Made by a program: the position numbers and the translations under genes. Below are positions 1 to 9,172 of a stretch of DNA of 64,000 nt, piece by piece (position 1 is the stretch's first letter; each line of letters begins with the position of its first letter). The stretch spans positions 455,009 to 519,008 of the forward strand of contig JBEKNE010000001.1 of assembly GCA_049523135.1 (NCBI GenBank), given 5' to 3'. The DNA comes from Candidatus Microgenomates bacterium (GTDB taxonomy: Bacteria > Patescibacteriota > Microgenomatia > UBA8517). The notes under the pieces were generated by a model that was given only the letters and a program-made list of their open reading frames with translations, had not been told where the DNA came from and did no database searches.

Positions 1-2
1 AG

Positions 3-3000
3 TACTCGCTTCTCGACGGCCTTAGCAATATTTCAAAGCTCTTAGCTCATATTAAAGAAAACGGAATGGATTCGGTGGCCATTACCGACCATGGGGTGAT
101 GTACGGGGAAATTGAATTTTATAAAGAAGCTTTAAAGCAGGGAGTTAAACCAATACTTGGCATGGAGGGCTACATTACTACCGGAAAATTAACCGATAGA
201 CCTGCTCGTGGAGAACTTCAAAATTATCATTTGATACTTTTGGCAAAAAATCATGAGGGCTATCAGAATTTAATGAAAATTTCTTCAATTGCACATCTTG
301 AAGGTTATTATTATCGACCCAGGTTTGATAGAGAAGTTTTGGAAAAGTATTCGAAAGGTTTAATTTGTACTTCGGCTTGTTCATCCGGTGAAATCGGCAG
401 GGCTCTTATTAATGACGAACCGAAAAAAGCTAAAGAGGCTGCGGAGTGGTATCAGAATTTATTCGGTGAAGATTATTATTTGGAGGTTCAGCGGCACGAA
501 TTTGATAAATGGGTAGAAAAATCTAACGATCAGGAAATTAAAACTTCTCTTCGTGACTTAGCGGAGAACGAAAGAAAGTGGGTGGAGGGTATTAAAAAGT
601 TGAGTAGGGAGTTGGGAATTCCCCTGGTTGCCACTAACGACGCACATTATATTAAGCCGGGTGATGCTCTGGCTCAGGATGTTTTGGTATGTATCTCTAC
701 GGGTAAAGTTATTAATGATACTAAAAGAATGCGTTATATTGATGCGCAAACTTTTTATGTCAGAAATCCTGATGAAATGATAGGACTTTTTCGTGATATT
801 CCGGATGCGATTGAGAATACGGTTAAAATTGCTGATAAATGTAATGTTGAGGTTAAGTTGGGAAGCTGGAGTTTTCCGAAGTTTCCCCTTCCAGCAGGTG
901 TTACGGCAGATGAACAACTTAGAAGACTAGCAAAAGAAGGCTTAATAATAAAAATTCCTAAACCCGATAAGGAAACTAACGACAGGCTAGAGTATGAACT
1001 TGGGATTATTTGCAAAAAAGGATATTCTCCCTACTTTCTTATTGTAAGGGATTTGGCCAATTGGACAAAATCACAAGGAATTATTACTAATACAAGAGGT
1101 TCTGCGGCAGGTAGTTTGGTTTCTTATGTCTTGGGGATTACAACGGTTAATCCTCTTAAATATTACTTGCCTTTTGAGAGGTTTCTGAACCCATATAGGC
1201 CGAGCCCTCCCGATATCGATTTTGACGTTGCAGATAACAGAAGAGACGAAATAATCGGTTATATAACCAAAACTTATGGAAAAGAAAGAGTGGCCCAGGT
1301 TTGTACTTTTGGAAGAATGCTAAGCCGGGCTGCCGTTAGGGATGTTGCCAGAGTTTTGGGATACCCTTATTCAACCGGTGACAGAATCGCAAAAATAATT
1401 CCGCCCCCGAAACAGGGTTTTCCGATAACTATTCCGAGAGCGCTTGATGAAGTTATGGAACTTCGGAATTTATATAATGCAGATGCCGATACTAAAAAAG
1501 TGTTGGATTTGGCAATTCAAATTGAAGGAAATGCGAGACACGTTTCTGTCCATGCGGCCGGTGTTGTCGTAGCTCCGACAGAAATAACCGATTTTTCTCC
1601 TGTCCAAAAAGAACCATCCGGAGAAAAAGTAATAACGCAATACGAAATGCATGCCAGCGAGGATGTTGGTTTAATAAAATTTGATATTCTTGGAATTAGG
1701 AATTTATCCATACTTGGGGCAGCGGTTGATATTGTTCAACGTCTTCATAATGTGCAAATAGATTTGCATAAAATTCCGCTTGATGACAAAAAAACTTTTG
1801 AAATGCTGGCAAAAGGAGAGACAATGGGTGTTTTTCAGTTTGCAAGCGGTGGAATGACTAAATATTTAGTGGAGCTTAAACCTACTCAAATCGAAGATCT
1901 TATGGCTATGGTTGCTCTTTACAGACCGGGACCTATATCGCAAATCCCCGAGTATATAAAAAGAAAACATAATCCTAAATTGGTTAAATATTTGGATCCG
2001 AGAATGGAAAAATTCTTAGGTAAATCCTATGGCCTGATTGTTTATCAGGATGATCTTCTTTTCTGTGCTTTGGACTTGGCGGGATATACATGGGAAGAGG
2101 CGGATAAATTTAGAAAAGCCGTTGGTAAAAAGATTCCTGAAGAAATGGCCGCACAAAAAGAAAAATTCATAAAAGGTATTGTTGCTCACGGGCAAACGGA
2201 AAAATTTGCGGAAGACCTTTGGAAACTGTTTGAGCCTTTCCAATCATATGGTTTTAATAAAGCTCATGCAGCTTCTTACGGCATGATTGCTTATCAAACA
2301 GCCTATATGAAAGCTAATTATCCGGTTGAATATATGGCTGCACTTCTTACGGCGGAGTCCGACGATAAAGATAAAATTTCAGCCGCTGTAAGTGAATGCA
2401 AAAGAATGAAAGTAAAAGTATTACCGCCCGATATTAATGAGTCGCAAATAGGTTTTAGTATTGTTAACGATAAAGATTCACTTGAGGGCAAGGCGATTAG
2501 ATTTGGTCTTTCGGCTATTAAAAATGTTGGAGAGGCTGCAATTTCCGCGATTCTTTTATCCCGTAAAGACGGTAAATTTGAATCATTTGCGGATTTTCTG
2601 GGCAGGGTTGATGCCAGAAAAACAAACAAAAAGGTATTGGAAAGTCTGATAAAAGTCGGCGCAATGTCTTCTTTTGGCGGAAGAGCGGCTCTTTTATCTC
2701 TTATGGACTCGATTCGGGATAAGGTTGTTAAAAAAAAGTCGGACGATAATCAACAAGGGCTGTTTGCCACAGGAGAGCTTAAGAAAACGGAATCAGCATC
2801 ATTTGTGAATATTTCCAATGTTCAGGAATTTTCTGATGAGGAAATGGAATCACTTGAGAGGCAACTTTTGGGGCTTTCGCTTTCGGCAAAGCCGGTTAGC
2901 GAGTTAATCGGTTCTCTTAGCTTCCAGTCAACTCATAAGATTGACGAAATTTTAACTGCGGTTGTTATCCCGGATCATGTGCGGGTTGCGGGTGTTGTAA

Positions 3001-3443
3001 GTACCGTCAGGGTAATTGTGACTAAAAAATCAGGTGCTGAAATGGCTTTTGCCAAGATAGATGACGGGACAGGAACCATTGAAGTCGTTGTATTTCCGAG
3101 CATTTTTAAAGAAACCCGTGATTTTTGGGCTGAAGGTCAGCCCTTACTCCTTGTCGGTAAGGTCGATGTCCGTGACGAGACCCCAGGAATTATAGTTGAA
3201 TCAATCGAAACTCTCTCCAGTTTGAGTGAGAAAAAAGAAAGGGAAGTTTTTATTAAAGTCCCCAAAAGTACAGACGTAAACTCTCTAAAAAGACTTAAAA
3301 CTCTTTTAACCGAGAATTTAGGCGAGCACACGGCGTTTTTGATTTTTGATGAAGGTAAAAAAGTTGCACTGCCTTTTAAGATAGCTTGGGATGAATCTTT
3401 GGCTAAACAAATATCCGAAATTCTGGAAAATACATCTTCTTGA
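3..3443 (+). CDS. dnaE: DNA polymerase III alpha subunit (5' end truncated by window edge)
   Basis: Frame continues upstream of ORF 66..3443 (YSLLDGLSNI...HIKENGMDSVAITDHG is the PHP domain start). Polymerase core motifs run throughout; C-terminal OB fold. Stop is TGA at 3441-3443. Confidence 0.93.
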   Translation, partial: YSLLDGLSNISKLLAHIKENGMDSVAITDHGVMYGEIEFYKEALKQGVKPILGMEGYITTGKLTDRPARGELQNYHLILLAKNHEGYQNLMKISSIAHLEGYYYRPRFDREVLEKYSKGLICTSACSSGEIGRALINDEPKKAKEAAEWYQNLFGEDYYLEVQRHEFDKWVEKSNDQEIKTSLRDLAENERKWVEGIKKLSRELGIPLVATNDAHYIKPGDALAQDVLVCISTGKVINDTKRMRYIDAQTFYVRNPDEMIGLFRDIPDAIENTVKIADKCNVEVKLGSWSFPKFPLPAGVTADEQLRRLAKEGLIIKIPKPDKETNDRLEYELGIICKKGYSPYFLIVRDLANWTKSQGIITNTRGSAAGSLVSYVLGITTVNPLKYYLPFERFLNPYRPSPPDIDFDVADNRRDEIIGYITKTYGKERVAQVCTFGRMLSRAAVRDVARVLGYPYSTGDRIAKIIPPPKQGFPITIPRALDEVMELRNLYNADADTKKVLDLAIQIEGNARHVSVHAAGVVVAPTEITDFSPVQKEPSGEKVITQYEMHASEDVGLIKFDILGIRNLSILGAAVDIVQRLHNVQIDLHKIPLDDKKTFEMLAKGETMGVFQFASGGMTKYLVELKPTQIEDLMAMVALYRPGPISQIPEYIKRKHNPKLVKYLDPRMEKFLGKSYGLIVYQDDLLFCALDLAGYTWEEADKFRKAVGKKIPEEMAAQKEKFIKGIVAHGQTEKFAEDLWKLFEPFQSYGFNKAHAASYGMIAYQTAYMKANYPVEYMAALLTAESDDKDKISAAVSECKRMKVKVLPPDINESQIGFSIVNDKDSLEGKAIRFGLSAIKNVGEAAISAILLSRKDGKFESFADFLGRVDARKTNKKVLESLIKVGAMSSFGGRAALLSLMDSIRDKVVKKKSDDNQQGLFATGELKKTESASFVNISNVQEFSDEEMESLERQLLGLSLSAKPVSELIGSLSFQSTHKIDEILTAVVIPDHVRVAGVVSTVRVIVTKKSGAEMAFAKIDDGTGTIEVVVFPSIFKETRDFWAEGQPLLLVGKVDVRDETPGIIVESIETLSSLSEKKEREVFIKVPKSTDVNSLKRLKTLLTENLGEHTAFLIFDEGKKVALPFKIAWDESLAKQISEILENTSS

Positions 3444-3476
3444 AGCTAAAGCTACTTTCCTGTACAATATCAATCT

Positions 3477-3848
3477 ATGGCACTAACAATTACAATTAAA
3501 GACACGGAATTTGGAATTGGCGATAGGGTGCGTGTTGTCCAGAAAATTAAAGAAGGAGATAAATCCCGTGAGGCCATTTTTGAAGGAATGGTAATTGGTA
3601 TTAAAGGCAGGGAGCCCGGAAAAACATTTCTTGTTAGAAGGACGGGTGAAGCAGGCATCGGTATCGAAAGAATCTTTCCTGTCAACTTACCCACTATCAG
3701 CAAAATTACCATTGTTAAAAGTGGAGTAAAAGGTGTCAAAAGAGCCAAACTCTACTATATAAGAAATAAAGCACTTACAGAAATAGAAACGATCTTCAAG
3801 AGAGCGGCTTTAAGAACAAAAAGTCGTGGCGATAAGAGCAACAAGTAA
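3477..3848 (+). CDS. rplS: 50S ribosomal protein L19 (bL19)
   Basis: GDRVRVVQKIKEGDK..FEGMVIGIKG...FLVRRTGEAGIGIERIFPVN..KRAKLYYIR matches the bL19 signature. Confidence 0.85.
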   Translation: MALTITIKDTEFGIGDRVRVVQKIKEGDKSREAIFEGMVIGIKGREPGKTFLVRRTGEAGIGIERIFPVNLPTISKITIVKSGVKGVKRAKLYYIRNKALTEIETIFKRAALRTKSRGDKSNK

Positions 3849-4032
3849 ATTTGGAAAATTTTCGGAAGACTTCGCGGTAAGATTTCTTGGTGAAAAAAGG
3901 ATGTAAAATTATTGACAGGAACTTTAGCGGAAGGGTTAATTCCCCCAGAATTATAATTGTGGATTAAAATCCTTGTTGCGGACTATTTTCATATAGTCTA
4001 AATTGAATATATAAGGAAGGTGGTGATAAAAA

Positions 4033-4293
4033 ATGAATAGTTATTTTTATGGAAATCCTACAGCGTTAATGTTTCCTGGGATTATGGCAGGATGGTTAAG
4101 TGCTTTTTTGATTCCGGTTACACTTTGGAGTCTTTTTTGGATGGGTTGGGCTCTTTGGAGAGCGGCTAAAAATGGCAGTAAAATCTGGTTTATAGTTTTA
4201 TTGCTTGTCCATACAATGGGAATTCTAGACATTTTGTATATTTTTATATTTTCCCAAAAAAGTTGGACAAAATCTGGTAAGAAATCCAAGTAA
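4033..4293 (+). CDS. small integral membrane protein (hypothetical)
   Basis: Two hydrophobic helices. Strong SD (aaggaaggtggtga) before the ATG. A TTGACA-like -35 lies upstream. Confidence 0.4.
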   Translation: MNSYFYGNPTALMFPGIMAGWLSAFLIPVTLWSLFWMGWALWRAAKNGSKIWFIVLLLVHTMGILDILYIFIFSQKSWTKSGKKSK

Positions 4294-4488
4294 CTTCTTG
4301 ACAACAATATAAGGGCTGATAAAATCCTATTCATCGGTAGCAGTTGTGGTATCGAGATAATGAGACTAACGCTCGGTGGTTGCAATGCCCACATCCTCCG
4401 AAGGGTTGCTCGTGTCATGTGAGAGAAAGATGAGTCTCGATCTTTCTCTGTAATAATTGCACATTTATTTTTTATTGTGCGAGTGTAG

Positions 4489-4578
4489 CTCAGAGGTGAA
4501 GAGCGGGAGATATAACTACTCAAAAACTTTTGAGGAGGGTAATCTCTAAATCGGTGGGTTCGAATCCCCCCACTTGCG
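4489..4578 (+). ncRNA. tRNA-like gene with ~30-nt insertion in the anticodon arm (isotype not assignable)
   Basis: Acceptor GCGAGTG/CACTTGC (one G-U). D-arm GCTC-AGAGGTGAA-GAGC. T-arm GTGGG-TTCGAAT-CCCCC. A GGAGAT/ATCTCT helix encloses 32 nt that contain a perfect CTCAAAA/TTTTGAG hairpin and no canonical 7-nt anticodon loop. Confidence 0.45.
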
Positions 4579-4965
4579 ATTGGTAAGCGCTATGGAATAC
4601 TGCTGGAAGTGAAAGATCTTTTATGATCAGCTGGGTTGCGCGCGCTTACAAAAATCTCGGTACCCGATACCGAGTCCTTTAGACAGATATAGGTTAGATG
4701 TTTGCGTCTAAAGGCGGCGGCAAGAAGAGGTCAAGGAAGCGAATCGGGCGTGGAGGCCTCTTCTTACGTGTATGATGTTTTACATAAACTTGCCAAAATA
4801 TGCGGCAGAATAAGTGTAGAACACCTAAAGATTTTTGCGGGCAGGCTACTGTCACGAGATTTTTCTTGATGTCTTTTCGACATTTTGAGATTTTTTGTGA
4901 TAGTAATACCTGCCCGTGTTCGTTTTAATGGTATATAATTGCGTTGAGGTGCTTTCAATCAAAAA

Positions 4966-5478
4966 ATGTTAATACTTGGAATCGATCCCGGTACTGCTAC
5001 AACCGGTTTTGGATTGGTAAATTTTACCAAAAAAGGTAACGAAGTTATCGAGTGGGGACTTATTGAGACAGACAAAAAACTTCTTAAAGAAAAACGTCTT
5101 GACTTCATTTTTGAAGAAACATTGAAACTTATTAAAAAACATAATCCTGATGTGTTTGTTTTTGAAAAGGTTTTTTTCTCCAATAATGCCAAAACAGTAA
5201 TAGCGGTTGGACAGGCTCAAGGTGTAATGCTTTTAGCGGCAGGTAAAATGGGAGTACATATTGAAGAATATGCACCAGGAACTATTAAAAAGATGATTAC
5301 TGGAAATGGTCGTGCCAAGAAAAAGGAAGTTCAGGAGCATTTGAGAAAAATTTTAGGTTCCCGTGTAAAAAGCGAGGCGCATAAAAAAACTCATTTTGAC
5401 GATGCCGCCGATGCTTTGGCGATTGCACTTACTCACGCATTTAAATTAGGAGAAAAAGGGGGTGATAAAGTTGTTTAA
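4966..5478 (+). CDS. ruvC: Holliday junction resolvase RuvC
   Basis: MLILGIDPGTATTGFGLV...DALAIALTHAF gives the RuvC catalytic D/E layout. Confidence 0.9.
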   Translation: MLILGIDPGTATTGFGLVNFTKKGNEVIEWGLIETDKKLLKEKRLDFIFEETLKLIKKHNPDVFVFEKVFFSNNAKTVIAVGQAQGVMLLAAGKMGVHIEEYAPGTIKKMITGNGRAKKKEVQEHLRKILGSRVKSEAHKKTHFDDAADALAIALTHAFKLGEKGGDKVV

Positions 5479-5716
5479 AGTCGGTCGTGTTACTCATTAT
5501 TATGACAAAATCGGAGTTGCTATAGTTGAGGTTGATGCTCCTCTGGCTGTGGGGGATGAAATTAAATTTGTTCGTGGAGGAGAAGATGTAGGAAAAGAAA
5601 AGGTTGAGTCCATTCAAATAGAACACGAAAAAAAGGATTCCGCAGGGAAAGGGGATGTGGTAGGATTGAAAGTCAATGAAGCGGTCAAGGAAGGCACGGA
5701 AGTATTCAAAATTTGA
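5462..5716 (+). CDS. small EF-Tu domain-2-like beta-barrel protein
   Basis: GRVTHYYDKIGVAIVEV...GDEIKF...GDVVGLKV resembles translation-factor domain 2 stand-alone proteins. Confidence 0.45.
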   Translation: MIKLFKVGRVTHYYDKIGVAIVEVDAPLAVGDEIKFVRGGEDVGKEKVESIQIEHEKKDSAGKGDVVGLKVNEAVKEGTEVFKI

Positions 5717-6098
5717 GTGGGCTGAAGCACCCGATATAAGAAAACGGGTTCTTCGTTTGATGGAAGATCTTCAGTTGGATTATCTTTTGGGTGAAAGATT
5801 GTTCTTTTACCGTTCACAAGGTTCTAAAGCACGGGCTTATGCCAGAACATGGGGGTTGCCAAAGCTTTGGCAGAATGCACTCAAAGTAGAGCCCGCGTAC
5901 ATTATCGAAGTAATTTCCAAGTATTTTGATAAGCTTCCGCAGCGTGAACAGGATAAAGTTCTTCTTCATGAAATAAGTCATATCCCAAAAAACTTTTCGG
6001 GTGCGTTAGTGGCACATACCCATAGACGCAAAGGAAGTTTTAAGGACAAGCTTGACGATTTAGTAGCAAGATATTTGGAAGATTCTCGAAAGATATGA
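5676..6098 (+). CDS. predicted zinc metallopeptidase (HExxH; DUF45/SprT-like)
   Basis: LLHEISHI HExxH motif near the C-terminus. Overlaps the previous ORF; the true start is possibly the internal Met at ~5760. Confidence 0.4.
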   Translation: MKRSRKARKYSKFEWAEAPDIRKRVLRLMEDLQLDYLLGERLFFYRSQGSKARAYARTWGLPKLWQNALKVEPAYIIEVISKYFDKLPQREQDKVLLHEISHIPKNFSGALVAHTHRRKGSFKDKLDDLVARYLEDSRKI

Positions 6099-6769
6099 AG
6101 ATCATTATTTTACACGGTGACGACGAGAAAAAAATTTATGAACGTATACAGAAATTCATACATGTAACGAAAGAGCGCGGTTGGGAAGTTGCCTATCTTG
6201 ATGAATCCGTCAGCCCTATTCAGGAGCAACTAAGCGCCACATCACTTTTCAGTAAAAACAGGTTTTTTATCTTAAGCGACACCTCAAAACTAGGAAAAAA
6301 AGAGGTTCAATGGCTGAATAAAAATTATGAAAACCTGGACGGAACTCTGATTATTTATCACGAAGGAGCTCTCAGTATAACCTTCCTTAAATCATTGCCA
6401 AAAGAAAGTAAGATTGAGGAATTTAAATTGCCGGTGATTCTTTGGAACTTTTTGGACAATCTTATTCCAGGAAATTCAGTAAAAAGTATAAAGGATTTTC
6501 ATAAAATTATCGAAAAACAGGCTCCGGAATTTATTATTACTTTGATTGCTAAACTGTTTCGTGATCTTTATTGGATTAAAATGGACCCAAAAAGTGTCCA
6601 GTTGCCTCCGTGGCGTGTTCAAAAACTAAAAAATCAAGCATCGCATTTTACGGCTCAACAGCTGAATCAGTTTATCAGTTGTCTCTCAGACATTGATATT
6701 AAAGTTAAATCATCAAAGGCAAATTTAACTGATGAGCTTGACCTACTCATTATTAAACAATTAGAATAA
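6095..6769 (+). CDS. holA: DNA polymerase III delta subunit-like (HolA)
   Basis: Size and the N-terminal MKIIILHGDD...LFSKNRFFIL pattern fit HolA. The ATGA overlap with the upstream gene indicates translational coupling. Confidence 0.45.
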   Translation: MKIIILHGDDEKKIYERIQKFIHVTKERGWEVAYLDESVSPIQEQLSATSLFSKNRFFILSDTSKLGKKEVQWLNKNYENLDGTLIIYHEGALSITFLKSLPKESKIEEFKLPVILWNFLDNLIPGNSVKSIKDFHKIIEKQAPEFIITLIAKLFRDLYWIKMDPKSVQLPPWRVQKLKNQASHFTAQQLNQFISCLSDIDIKVKSSKANLTDELDLLIIKQLE

Positions 6770-6782
6770 TATAAGCTAAAAA

Positions 6783-8147
6783 ATGATAATAGACCCTACA
6801 ATTTTTAAAGACTACGATATCAGAGCCATTGCCGGGAAACAGGTCGATGAAGAAGGAATGGTTCGTATCGCCCAGGCGATTATCAAAGTATTTTCTCCTA
6901 AACAAGTTCAAATTGGTCACGATATGCGAATAACTTCTCCCTTATACCACAGATTGTTCATTGAAACATTTATTAATGCTGGTATTAATGTTTTTGACTT
7001 GGGTTTTGTTTCTACGGACATGCTTTACTATGCGGCCGGTGTTTATGATGAAGATTTATCGATAACAATTAGTGCGTCGCATAACCCCCCTGAATATAAC
7101 GGAATAAAAATGGCCAAGAAAGGCTCTCTTCCTGTTAGCGAGACTTATCAAATTAGAGATCTTGCTATTTCGAACGAAGATCTGACTTCGAAATCTGATA
7201 AAAAGGGAGTTTTGAAAAAAAGAGACATTAAAGAAGAATGGGTAAATCATCTCTTGAAATTTATTGACGTATCTAAAATGAAACCATTTAAGGTTGTTTG
7301 TGATACGGGAAACGGAATGGCTGGGTATTATTTGCCTCGATTAGAAGAAAAGCTTCCATGGAAAGTAACACGTCTTTTTTATAAATTGGACGGAACATTT
7401 CCCAATCATCCTGCGAGTCCAATTGAAGAAAAAAATCGGTTGGATTGTGTTAATAAGGTTAAGAGTGAGAGCGCGGACTTTGGTTTAGTGTTTGACGGAG
7501 ATGGTGATCGTGTATTTATGATTGATGAAAAAGGCAGAGCTCTTTCAGGAACGATAATGACTGCGATAGTTGCAGAGAACGTTCTTAAGAATAAACCAGG
7601 ATCAATAATTATGTACAATGCCATAGTGGGTCGTGTAGTGCCTGAAGTTATAATCCGAAATGGAGGCAAGCCGGTTCGCGTACGTGTTGGTTATACGTTA
7701 ATCAAAAAGGCAATGAGAGAACAAGATGCTGAATTTTGCGGAGAACACTCCGGACATTATTTCTTTAAGGATAATTTCTTTGCGGATTCGGCTATTATTG
7801 CGGCGCTTCTTGTTGCAGAGATGATGTCAGTGAAGAATAAAAAATTGTCCGAACTTTATGATGAATATGATAAATATAAGAGCTCTCAGGAAATAAATTT
7901 CACTGTCGATGATAAAGAAAAAGTTATGAAGTCCATTGAAGCTGAGTTCAAAGATTCCGCCGATTCTATAGACTGGCTTGATGGGGTCTCTGTATGGTTT
8001 AAGGACTATTGGTTTAATGTCAGACCTTCCAATACGGAGCCGCTATTAAGATTAAATGTCGAGGCGGACAATTCAATCCTTTTGGAGGAAAAGATTAAAG
8101 AACTGGTAGCAAAGATTAAATCACTGGGAGGAAAAGAAAAAATATGA
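6783..8147 (+). CDS. phosphomannomutase/phosphoglucomutase (alpha-D-phosphohexomutase)
   Basis: Active-site SASHNPPEYNG, metal-binding FDGDGDR, and sugar-binding loop GEHSGH. Confidence 0.85.
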   Translation: MIIDPTIFKDYDIRAIAGKQVDEEGMVRIAQAIIKVFSPKQVQIGHDMRITSPLYHRLFIETFINAGINVFDLGFVSTDMLYYAAGVYDEDLSITISASHNPPEYNGIKMAKKGSLPVSETYQIRDLAISNEDLTSKSDKKGVLKKRDIKEEWVNHLLKFIDVSKMKPFKVVCDTGNGMAGYYLPRLEEKLPWKVTRLFYKLDGTFPNHPASPIEEKNRLDCVNKVKSESADFGLVFDGDGDRVFMIDEKGRALSGTIMTAIVAENVLKNKPGSIIMYNAIVGRVVPEVIIRNGGKPVRVRVGYTLIKKAMREQDAEFCGEHSGHYFFKDNFFADSAIIAALLVAEMMSVKNKKLSELYDEYDKYKSSQEINFTVDDKEKVMKSIEAEFKDSADSIDWLDGVSVWFKDYWFNVRPSNTEPLLRLNVEADNSILLEEKIKELVAKIKSLGGKEKI

Positions 8148-9145
8148 CTGATACCCTCGGAATAGAAGAAGCTTTAAATTTATTTCCGGACCAACTGAGA
8201 GAGGCTTGGAGTCAGGCGGCGTCTTTCGAACTGCCAAAAATTACTTCCAAAAAAATAATAATAAGCGGAATGGGTGGTTCTTCTCTTGCCGGAAGAATTA
8301 TTTCTTCACTCTATGAAAGAGAAGGTGATATTGAAATCTCTGTTTTTAACGATTATGGAATGCCTTCCTATATCGATTCTTCCTGGACTTTAATTGCCAA
8401 TAGTTATTCTGGCAGTACCGAGGAAACTCTCTCGGCAATAAATGTTGCGAAAGAAAAAGGAATTAAAATTTACGGAGTTAGCACCGGAGGAAAAATTGGA
8501 GAAATGATAAAATCCGGTGAAATTTACGGTGTAGTTCTGATACCTACAACCAATCCTTCTAATTATCCGAAATCTGCACTTGGAGTTTCTTTGGGAGGAC
8601 TTCTCGGATTAATGTCAAAGTTGGGAGTAATAAATTTGTCTGCCGAAAAATTTGAAAAATCCGTCAATGAACTAATCGAAATCAGAAAAAATTGGGATGT
8701 TAAGTCAGAGGCTTCAAAAATGAGTCAAAAAATTCCGGCTCTTATAGCCGCACGGCCGCTTTTGGGATCTCTTCATGCAGGCAGAAATGTTATTAATGAA
8801 ATTGGTCGTACTTTCGCCACATTTTTTGATCTACCTGAACTGGATCACCATCTTGTTGAAGCAACGATGTTTCCTAGGAATTTATATAAAGATATCTATT
8901 ATTTATTCTTTATAAGTGATCTATATCCGGAGAGAATTAAAACCAGAATTAAAATTTCGGAAGATTTGTTTACCGAACAAAAGTTAAATTTTGGTGAAAT
9001 GAAACTCTCAGGATCTAATTTTTTAACACAGGCCTTGGAAATTCCCCACTTTTGTGCATGGCTAGCTTTTCGCCTATCCGAATTAAATGGGTTAGATCCC
9101 GGTCCTGAACCTTGGATTATTAAGCTCAAAGAATCTCTTTCGTAG
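8144..9145 (+). CDS. bifunctional phosphoglucose/phosphomannose isomerase (archaeal-type PGI/PMI, SIS domain)
   Basis: IIISGMGGSSLAGRI SIS motif and ~330 aa size typical of the PGI/PMI family. Overlaps the previous stop. Confidence 0.7.
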   Translation: MTDTLGIEEALNLFPDQLREAWSQAASFELPKITSKKIIISGMGGSSLAGRIISSLYEREGDIEISVFNDYGMPSYIDSSWTLIANSYSGSTEETLSAINVAKEKGIKIYGVSTGGKIGEMIKSGEIYGVVLIPTTNPSNYPKSALGVSLGGLLGLMSKLGVINLSAEKFEKSVNELIEIRKNWDVKSEASKMSQKIPALIAARPLLGSLHAGRNVINEIGRTFATFFDLPELDHHLVEATMFPRNLYKDIYYLFFISDLYPERIKTRIKISEDLFTEQKLNFGEMKLSGSNFLTQALEIPHFCAWLAFRLSELNGLDPGPEPWIIKLKESLS

Positions 9146-9172
9146 CCTGTTCATTAATGGTATAGTTAGTTT

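Noticed and set aside
178-3331. Numerous 60-120 aa antisense/alternate-frame ORFs inside dnaE, ppsA, uvrB, uvrA, pyrG and the NHL gene
   Set aside because: Embedded in well-supported long CDSs, low-complexity and lacking start context. Treated as non-coding.
4300-4960. tmRNA, RNase P RNA or SRP RNA in the long non-coding tract
   Set aside because: No RNase P P4 motifs and no SRP GGAA/AGCA apical motif. The tRNA-like 5' and 3' halves are only ~70 nt apart, so it is not a tmRNA. Left as unassigned structured RNA.
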